Origin: Eubacteriales bacterium
GTDB lineage: Bacteria > Bacillota > Clostridia > Oscillospirales > CAG-382
Length of the DNA: 64,000 bases
Assembly: GCA_045536935.1 (NCBI GenBank)
Contig: JAZSOO010000003.1
Span: 2,281 to 66,280 of the forward strand
Direction: 5' to 3'
Position 1 is the stretch's first letter. The number at the start of each line of letters is the position of its first letter. Below are positions 27,883-35,900 of this stretch, in pieces. The notes below the pieces were generated by a model. The model was not told where the DNA came from and made no database searches. It saw nothing but the letters and a program-made list of their open reading frames with translations. The position numbers and the translations under genes were made by a program.

Positions 27883-30249
27883 TTATAACTTCTTTAATTT
27901 TGCAAAACTGCCCATAAGCCGTTTTGCCGTTCCGTTCACGAATTCTATCTCGTAAAGGATATCTCCGCCCATATCCGTTGCGGAAACGATCTCGCCCTCG
28001 CCGAATATTGCGTGGGAAACTCTGTCGCCCGAAGCAAATCTTTCGCAACAGGGCTTTGGTTCGGAAGACGCACGTATGTTTTCAAGGAAATTGTTTCTGC
28101 TTTCCGAATAACGTGCGGAATATGCTCCGACGGGTGCGGCGGTGTGACCGTTGCTGTCACGTACGACCTCACGCTCGCAAACCTCTTGCGGTATCTCGTT
28201 GCCGAATCGGGACATCTGTCTTGTTTCGGTCCTGCCGTAAAGCATTCTCGAAGAGGTATTGAGAAGATAAAGCTCGTTCTTTGCTCTCGTGACGGCAACG
28301 TAGGCAAGCCTGCGTTCTTCTTCAAGACCTTTGTCGCCCTCGGTGACCGATTGCGAGCTCGGGAACAGACCTTCTTCAAATCCGGGAATGAATACCGTCG
28401 GGAATTCAAGCCCTTTTGCCGAATGTACCGTCATAAGAACGACGGCGTCGGTGCCCGTTTCGTAATTATCAAGGTCGCTGACCAAGGAAAGCTCGTTTAA
28501 AAATTCCGAAAGAGTCGGTTCCTCTGCGGTTTCTTCGAAAAGCGTTGCAGAGGAAACAAGCTCGAGAACGTTGTCCTCTCTGTCCTTGCCGTCCTCTTCC
28601 TCGGAAAGCATAACACGGTATCCGCTTTCTTCGATAACACGGGAAACGGTGTCTGACGGTGTGTTTTCCTTTGCGAATCCACGCAGACTGTTTATAAGCT
28701 CTGCAAAACGCAAAAGCTTTTGAGAAGCACGTTTAAGCTCGGGATATCTGTCTGCGTTCTCGATTATCGAGAACATAGATGTTTCGTATTCAAGCGCAAG
28801 AGAAGCGACCTTTTCGACCGTTGCTTCGCCGATGGCACGCTTGGGCACGTTTATTATACGGCGCAATCTTACCGTATCGTCGGGGTTGACGATGACGGAG
28901 AGATAGGCAAGTATATCTTTAATTTCTCTGCGCTCATAAAATCTTATGCCGCCGAATATTTTATAAGGGATCTTCTTTTTGACGAACATCGTTTCAAGCG
29001 AGTTCGAAAGTGCATTCACACGGTACAAAACCGCAAAATCCGAATATTTCGCACCGGAATCGACCTTTTGCTTTATCGTATCGCAGATAAACGCAGCTTC
29101 TTCCGCTTGGGTGAAAAGACGTTTTATCTGAACCTTTTCTCCGTCGCCGGCAGCGGTCCAAAGCTCTTTGCCTTTTCTGCCGATATTGTTTTGGATAATG
29201 CCGTTTGCGGCCTTGAGTATATTTCCCGTCGAACGGTAGTTTTGTTCGAGTCTGATGACTTTTGCGCCGCTGTATTCACGTTCAAAGCCGAGAATATTGT
29301 CGACGGTCGCACCACGGAATGAATATATCGATTGGTCGTCGTCACCCACAACACAAACGTTTCGGCGTTTGCCTGCAAGCTTTGCGATAAGCCTGCTTTG
29401 AGAGGGGTTGGTATCCTGATATTCGTCAACGAGGATATATTCAAACTGCTCCCTGTATCTTTCAAGAACGTCGGGGTTCGATTCAAAAAGACGGTTTGTG
29501 AGCATTATTATATCGTCAAAATCAAGCGCATTTGCCGATTTAAGACGGGCTTGATAGCGTTTATAGACCTCTGCGGTCTTGATCATACGCATATCTCTGC
29601 CCGCATCTGCCGCTTCATCGTCGGGTGTGCGGTCGTTTTCCTTTGCTTTGGAGATAGCATTTATCAACGTTCTCGGCGGAAGCACGCTTTCTGCGATGTT
29701 AAGCTCTTTTAGTATCTCGGTTATAAGTTTTTTGGAATCGTCGGTATCGTATATAACGAAATTGTTGTTATAACCGATCCTGTCAATATATCTGCGGAGT
29801 ATCCGTACGCATATCGAATGGAACGTGCCTGCCCAAATATCGTTCGCCTGCTCTCCAAGAGCGTTCGAAAGACGTTCCTTGAATTCCTTTGCCGCCTTGT
29901 TTGTGAAGGTTATGCAAAGAACCTTGTAAGGGAAAGCAGGATTGACGGCACAGCGTCTTAAAATACTTTTGATCTCGTCCCTGTTGCCGAAATCGAGGAT
30001 CCCTTGCATAAGCGGAAGCAATTCTTCTGCATTTTCGGGGACGGTATTGCTTGTTGCGGCAGACCCGAAAAGAACTATGTTTGCGATACGGTTTACGATG
30101 ACCGTTGTCTTTCCGCTTCCTGCGCCTGCAAGAACGAGAAGAGGCCCTTCGGTATGATAGACCGCTTCACGCTGACGGGGGTTGAGAAACGAAAAGTATT
30201 TATCAAAAAGCTTTGATCTCATTTCAAGATAGGTCTTTTTGTTCTCCAT
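27883..30249 (-). CDS. pcrA: ATP-dependent DNA helicase PcrA/UvrD
   Basis: Start at MENKKTY (ATG 30249, GGAGGGAC RBS). Helicase motifs AGAGSGKT, DEYQDTN, QNYRS and VTRAK. Confidence 0.93.
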   Translation of the reverse strand: MENKKTYLEMRSKLFDKYFSFLNPRQREAVYHTEGPLLVLAGAGSGKTTVIVNRIANIVLFGSAATSNTVPENAEELLPLMQGILDFGNRDEIKSILRRCAVNPAFPYKVLCITFTNKAAKEFKERLSNALGEQANDIWAGTFHSICVRILRRYIDRIGYNNNFVIYDTDDSKKLITEILKELNIAESVLPPRTLINAISKAKENDRTPDDEAADAGRDMRMIKTAEVYKRYQARLKSANALDFDDIIMLTNRLFESNPDVLERYREQFEYILVDEYQDTNPSQSRLIAKLAGKRRNVCVVGDDDQSIYSFRGATVDNILGFEREYSGAKVIRLEQNYRSTGNILKAANGIIQNNIGRKGKELWTAAGDGEKVQIKRLFTQAEEAAFICDTIKQKVDSGAKYSDFAVLYRVNALSNSLETMFVKKKIPYKIFGGIRFYERREIKDILAYLSVIVNPDDTVRLRRIINVPKRAIGEATVEKVASLALEYETSMFSIIENADRYPELKRASQKLLRFAELINSLRGFAKENTPSDTVSRVIEESGYRVMLSEEEDGKDREDNVLELVSSATLFEETAEEPTLSEFLNELSLVSDLDNYETGTDAVVLMTVHSAKGLEFPTVFIPGFEEGLFPSSQSVTEGDKGLEEERRLAYVAVTRAKNELYLLNTSSRMLYGRTETRQMSRFGNEIPQEVCEREVVRDSNGHTAAPVGAYSARYSESRNNFLENIRASSEPKPCCERFASGDRVSHAIFGEGEIVSATDMGGDILYEIEFVNGTAKRLMGSFAKLKKL

Positions 30250-30278
30250 ACAAGTCCCTCCGTACACATAATAGATAT

Positions 30279-30307
30279 ATTATAATAAAAACCGTAGCAA
30301 AAATCAA
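30279..30307 (-). promoter_or_regulatory. Putative sigma-A promoter of the pcrA-DUF1015-valS operon
   Basis: Minus strand TTGATT-17 nt-TATAAT. Confidence 0.5.
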
Positions 30308-30439
30308 GCGTTACACCCATAAATTCTACATAAAAATATATATACGGCGTATATTTTGCAAACGGCTCCGAATTACACAAAAATATTTGTCGACGTAAGA
30401 AAAATTTAATCAAAAAAACAAAAAACCTATAATTTCCTA

Positions 30440-30468
30440 TTGCAATTTGAAGAGCGTTCGTTTATAAT
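30440..30468 (+). promoter_or_regulatory. Putative sigma-A promoter of the surface-protein gene
   Basis: TTGCAA (30440-30445), 17 nt, TATAAT (30463-30468). Confidence 0.55.
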
Positions 30469-30529
30469 AGTGATACCAAGATAGGGCCCTGCGCCCAAAA
30501 TAATTTTTCGATAAGGAGAAATATTAAAA

Positions 30530-32377
30530 ATGAAGAAAATTCTTGCGTTTCTTCTCGTAGCAACAATGCTTTGCGCATTGTTTGTTTTGCCCTCTTCTGC
30601 GGCGGACAACAAGAACTATGAAGTAAAATTCAAGTACACCAAGTCCGCTCCGAAGATCGACGGTACCGTAAAGACTAACGAATACGGCTCCGCACTTCCT
30701 TTCCATACTTATTCCACCAGCAAATCCCAGTTCAAAGACAGAGAACATAACAAGCTCGTCGGTCAGTGGGACGTAGATTTCTACACTACTTGGGATAAGA
30801 ACAACCTCTACATGGCATGGGTAGTTAAATCCGAAGCTCACGGCGCACTTCCCAATGCACAGTTCAAAGAAGCTCCTGCAAACGCAGGTGAACCTATTGA
30901 AGGAACCAAGATCAGCGATAACCCTGAATTGGCATCGCAGCACATGTGGACCTATTCCCACGTTTCCTTCATCATCACTCCCGGTGCTCCCAACCAGGGC
31001 ACTGACTATTCCGCAAACTACCTCGAAGTTGGTTTCTGTGAAGACGTTACCGGCACTACCCAGAGAGCGATCTGGAAGGTTCCCACCAGCATGCAGTTGG
31101 ACGAAGTTAACCTTAACGACTGGTCTGCTGTAGCAAAGAGAGACGAAGCTAAGAAGACCACCACTTACGAAATTGCAATTCCCTGGAAATATGCAGGCGT
31201 TAACCAGATCGGTAACAACGCTCAGTTCGGTCTTGCTTATGCAGTAGGCGCTCAGGAATACTACTACAAAGACAACCGTGCTGAAATGGCTATGATCGAA
31301 TGGCAGGACGCTATTCTTACCACCAAATTCCCCAACAGATGTGCTATCGTAACTCTTACCGGCGCTGACTTCAGCGGCACAGTTGATTACCACAAACCCC
31401 TTACTTCCGGCACTCTTCCTTCCGCAGCAACCGGCAAGCCCCAGATCGGTATTTCCAACGTTAACGAAGGTATCGTAAACGGTAACGAAGGTACTCTTAT
31501 CACCGATCCTTCCATGTCGCTCGATTCTCTCACTTGGGCATATTCCGCACTTCTTAAGAAGACTTCCGAAGCAGGCGTATATGAACTCGTAGAAGGCTTT
31601 ATGGGTCTCGGTTCTCCCGTAACCTTCACCAACAAGTTTGAAAAAGGCATGCTTCTTATCGGCGTACACGCAGGTGAAGCCGATTCTAACAGAGGTTGGT
31701 ACAACACCCTTTCCGGACTTCTTCCCGGCAGCAAGCTCGGTCTCTTCGGTGTAGACCTTGCTAAGAACGAACGTACTTACAGCAACTCGATGTTCTACGT
31801 TATCGAAGAAGCAAAGGCTCCCGTAGTTGACGATCCCGTTGACGAACCCTCTAAGGATCCCGTTGACGAACCCTCTAAGGATCCCGTTGACGAACCTTCC
31901 AAGGATCCCGTTGACGAACCTTCCAAGGATCCCGTTGATGAACCTTCCAAGGATCCCGTTGACGAACCTTCTAAGGATCCCGTTGACGAACCTTCTAAGG
32001 ATCCTGTTGACGAACCTTCTAAGGATCCCGCAACTTCTGACGAACCCACCACTTCCGACGAACCCACTTCCGAAGATCCTTCCGATGTAGTTTCTGACGA
32101 TGTTTCTGATGACGTTTCCGGCGACGTTTCCGACGGTTCTAACGATGTATCCGAAGATTTCGGCAACACCTTCGAAAGCGAAGATGAATCTTCTGTTGAA
32201 CCTTCCGAAGCTCCCGCAGCTTCCGAAGACGATGCAACCGCTGACACTAACACCACCAACGATGACAATAAAGACGACGACGGCAACGGCGCTCTCATCT
32301 GGATCATCCTCGGCGTTGTAGTTGTTCTCGGCGGCGGCGCAGGCGCATTCTTCTACTTCAAGAAGAAAAAGGCATAA
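30530..32377 (+). CDS. Cell-surface protein: signal peptide, CBM9/DOMON-like domain(s), PVDEPSKD x8 linker, acidic S/D/E tract, C-terminal TM anchor
   Basis: 615 aa. AAGGAGA RBS. Signal peptide ..LPSSAADN. APKIDGTV..NEYG is a CBM9-like motif. The C-terminal ALIWIILGVVVVLGGGAGAFFYFKKKKA is a TM segment plus a positively charged tail. Confidence 0.8.
   Translation: MKKILAFLLVATMLCALFVLPSSAADNKNYEVKFKYTKSAPKIDGTVKTNEYGSALPFHTYSTSKSQFKDREHNKLVGQWDVDFYTTWDKNNLYMAWVVKSEAHGALPNAQFKEAPANAGEPIEGTKISDNPELASQHMWTYSHVSFIITPGAPNQGTDYSANYLEVGFCEDVTGTTQRAIWKVPTSMQLDEVNLNDWSAVAKRDEAKKTTTYEIAIPWKYAGVNQIGNNAQFGLAYAVGAQEYYYKDNRAEMAMIEWQDAILTTKFPNRCAIVTLTGADFSGTVDYHKPLTSGTLPSAATGKPQIGISNVNEGIVNGNEGTLITDPSMSLDSLTWAYSALLKKTSEAGVYELVEGFMGLGSPVTFTNKFEKGMLLIGVHAGEADSNRGWYNTLSGLLPGSKLGLFGVDLAKNERTYSNSMFYVIEEAKAPVVDDPVDEPSKDPVDEPSKDPVDEPSKDPVDEPSKDPVDEPSKDPVDEPSKDPVDEPSKDPVDEPSKDPATSDEPTTSDEPTSEDPSDVVSDDVSDDVSGDVSDGSNDVSEDFGNTFESEDESSVEPSEAPAASEDDATADTNTTNDDNKDDDGNGALIWIILGVVVVLGGGAGAFFYFKKKKA
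31832..32029 (+). repeat. Tandem 24-bp repeat x8 (encodes DPVDEPSK)
   Basis: gatcccgttgacgaacc(c/t)tc(t/c)aag is repeated head-to-tail, with only synonymous or wobble variation. Confidence 0.95.
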
Positions 32378-32400
32378 TTGATCAATAATCAATAATATAA

Positions 32401-32430
32401 CGAGGTCACTTTAAGTGGCCTCGTTTTTTT
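32401..32430 (+). terminator. Rho-independent terminator
   Basis: CGAGGTCACT-ttaa-GTGGCCTCG followed by TTTTTTT. Confidence 0.8.
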
Positions 32431-32760
32431 GTCGGGCCCCCCGAGAAGTCGTTAGACTTCTTGGGGTAATTATTGTCGGGGTCCCCTTAATACCCCTACA
32501 AAACTTTGTTTTGCAGGGAACCCGTCGTCAGACTTCTTGGGGTAATTATTATGCACATCAAGCATACTGAAAAACCTTGTTTTGTATTGTGAGGGATCTC
32601 ACACAGTATAACGAAAAGTTAATTGTCAAAGACGGAAGGTTGTTTCTGATTGAGATTCTTCACTTCGTTCAGAATGACACTTCTATTTTTCAATACGTTC
32701 AGTATGACACGGTTCTCCATAATTGAGATTCTTCATTTCGTTCAGAATGACAGTTATACT
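32431..32760. repeat. Mosaic intergenic repeat array (locus 3)
   Basis: gtcgggcccccCGAGAAGTCgttaGACTTCTTGgggtaattatt occurs twice, the second copy interrupted by ccctacaaaactttgttttgcaggg. The compact module tgagattcttcacttcgttcagaatgaca lies at 32651-32679, with a second copy at 32724-32752. Confidence 0.85.
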
Positions 32761-32767
32761 GAACCAA

Positions 32768-32902
32768 CCTGCACCGTGAAGATAAAAAAGTATCACGGGA
32801 ACGACACAGAAATTTGAAACATGCCTACACCGTGAAGATAAAAAAGTATCACGGGAACGACGTGAGAATTTGAAATGTGCCTACACCGTGAAGATAAAAA
32901 AG
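32768..32902. repeat. Tandem 56-bp repeat, about 2.4 copies, each with a CCGTGA-n13-TCACGG hairpin
   Basis: The unit cct(g/a)caccgtgaagataaaaaagtatcacgggaacgac..gaaatttgaaa..tg starts at 32768, 32824 and 32880. The third copy is truncated. Confidence 0.9.
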
Positions 32903-32922
32903 CTCGGTTTTTAAACCGAGCT
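32895..32922 (-). terminator. Terminator of the S8 protease gene
   Basis: AGCTCGGTTT-tt-AAACCGAGCT, followed by a T-run on the minus strand. Confidence 0.7.
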
Positions 32923-32940
32923 CTTTTGTTTGATCGTTTC

Positions 32941-35900
32941 TTATTCAACCTGTTCGTTATTGCTGTTTTTCGGCATTACGAACGGTTCTTTTTTACTTTG
33001 AATAAATATTAAGATGAATGCGAAGACCGACATAAACACCGCTATAACAGCAACTGTCGTACCGATATTGTTGCTTCCGTCAGAATCGGTCGGTTCGGTT
33101 TGCGGTTTGCTTTCGTCGGGAAGGACTGTAACCGTTAAGGAATAGCTTAGAACCTCACCGTCGGGAGCGCCGATGGTTATCGGGATCCTTGTTTTTTCAC
33201 CGTTCAAGGCCGTGTTGCCGATAATGACTGTTGCAGTGCCGTTTTGCGCTACGGCATAGATATTAACCTTTTCCGTGCCGAAGGGAACGGATATGGCGTA
33301 GTGCAGAATATCGGGGTTGAATGACGGCGTCAATCGGAAACCTTCAACTTCGAGCTTGGAAAGACGGCAGTTGGAATCGAATCGAGGTGCTTTGTCACGC
33401 TTGACCTCGATAGAATAGGTCGAGGTTTCGTCGTCTTCGTTCGTATACGTAATGTATACCGTCGTTTTCGTTCCGTCGGGAACGGTCAGCGAGGTTATCG
33501 TAACAAGCTCGTCTTCGGGACTTGTAACGTTTATATCCGCCAAGGCACTGTTGTGGGGTATGGTTGCTTTGTATTGGTTGATCTCGGGATCGAACTTGAA
33601 GGAATATGCATTGAAAAATTCAATATTGAAATCACCAAAGCTTTGTTCCGAAAGAATGATATCGGTGGGCTTGTAGATTATTTTTTCGCATCTGTCGGTG
33701 AAAACGGCGGTCATATTTTCGGATATGATCTTCGTACTCTCACCGCCGGGTGCATTAACACGGAATCGCAGGCTTATAACTGCGGTGAATGCATCTTTGA
33801 TCTCCGCACCGTTGCTGTCGTATGCATAGAAATACAGATTATTCTCGAAATCACGGACTTCGGCTTTCCAACCGATAGTCTGCGCTTTTACAAATTCAAG
33901 ACCGTTGCCGTATCCCAAAATACCCGAAAGAGCACGAACGTTTTTACAGCTTTCAAGACATAGGATAACGTCGATATAATCGCCGTTATGAACCTTGGAG
34001 ACCGTTTGACCGTACGCCTTGCCGAAGAGGTTAAGGGTTGGCGTGCCGACGTTTGCTTCGGTCTTTTTGAGGATTATATTCTTTAATGCACGGTAATCGT
34101 TGTCGCCGAGCGTTCCGTTACCGTTAATGTCAGAGGCAGAGATTGCTTCGAGGGGATATTCCTTTCCACGAAGTATCTGCTCGATAAGATAAAGGTCGTA
34201 TGCGGTGATGAATGCGTCTCCGTCGATATCGCCCGTTAATACACATTTAAGCTCGTCACTTACGATGCCGTTTTTTACAAGACGGACTACCGTGCCCGTG
34301 CCGACGTTTCCGATGGCTTCTTCGCCGTTTTCTGTAAGTATTTGGATATCTTCGGAATGGTTAAGGCTGTTTTTAAGAGCATCGACCGTTGTATCGGGAA
34401 GTATACCGAGAAGGAAACCGTTGTCACGGTCGACGTGCAGATTACTGTCGGGTTTCGGCGTGATAAGCGTATTAACGACGGTTATAACACATTCTGCCCT
34501 GAAAACACCGTAATCGGTCTTGGCTTCGGCAATAACGATGTGCTTGCCGTCCTTGACCGCCTTTATCCTTCCGTTCTTGCCGATCTCAATGCCGTCGCTT
34601 TCGCATTTGAAGGTTATCGGGACGGTGGGCGCATTTGCAGGGAGATATTTGATCTTAAGCGTGACCGATTCTCCGATAGAAACGGTTCTCTGAGGAGAAA
34701 CAAACTCTATTCCCGAAAGTGCCGTTTGGATCGAGAAATTATAGATTATATTTCTTCCGCAGGGGAGAACGAGCATAAAATTATGGTCGCCGATCTCGGA
34801 AACCGCCGTGCCCGATTTAAAGGGTGCTCCGTTAAGGAATCCGATGCCGTTTTTAAAGCTTATCTTCGTGTTGCCGAGGAACGTGGAGGAATCTGAAACA
34901 CCGCTGATCTCGGGGGTGTCAACAACTTCAAAACCGTTGCCCGACGAGGAGACCGAGATTATAGCCTTTGAAAATGCAACGACGGAATTATCCGAAGTGA
35001 TAATTGCCTGTTCGGGTTCGGTAACGCCGAGGTCGCCGATGTATTCCTTCGTTTCAAGGCTGTAAACGCCGTTTTCGGTGACGACGGTATTACCCTTTAT
35101 TGCCAATACGTTGGAATCAAACGATTGCATAGGTTCAAGAGTTTCGAGGGCATAAATGTTCTTACCTGCCGAAATAACGGAGGATATTACAAAATCCTTG
35201 CTGTTAACGTCAACACTTCTTATTTTTGCAAAATCGAATCCGATAACAGAAAGAGTTTCGTTTTCAAGCGCATAGATGAATTTTCCGTCGGTTGCGATTT
35301 TTTCGGCTTTTATCTCCGTCACGGTCGGTTCGGTATTATCAAGCGGATAAACCGTTAAAATTCCGTTGATCAACGCATAGATATTTTCGTTATGAACGAA
35401 CATCGAACTGCATTTGCCCGAAATGTCGAAGTATGCACCGTTTTCAATATTGTTTTCGGGTGCGAGGAATATCTTATCTGCCGATTCGAACATAACCGCC
35501 GAATATCCGCCCGAAACGATGATTTCGGAGGGGGTATATTTCAAAGGAATGGGCGGCATAAGAGAAAGATCGGTAGACGCAAATCCGTAAAGCGAATTCA
35601 TACCCTTGAAAAGCAGATATACGTTTTCGCCCGAGGCTGCCGTGGATATCACGGGAGAATATTTGTCATAGAAGAGGTTTTTGCGGAATTCGTTAACCGT
35701 CTGTGTTGTGCCGAAAGCCTTTTCATTTTTTCTTGCCGCACCGAAACGGGTTACGCCCGTCGGACCGCTTTTTATGAAGGTGTAATAGGGTTCGACACCG
35801 AAAACGTACATCGTTTCTCTGCCGATGACTATTTCCGAAACGGGCGAAGGGAAAACACCCTTTTCCTTCGCTGTTTCGATCTCGGTTATGCGGTTGTCGG

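Noticed and set aside
26597-28048. N-terminal extensions in the ORF track: 26597-28048, 27883-30267, 6078-, 38332-39138, 39171-39359, 46721-, 49786-50697, 14095-15255, 21923- and 53439-.
   Set aside because: In each case an internal ATG (or TTG) with a properly spaced AGGAG-like RBS gives a protein that starts where the family normally starts. The extension either overlaps the upstream gene or encodes basic low-complexity sequence.
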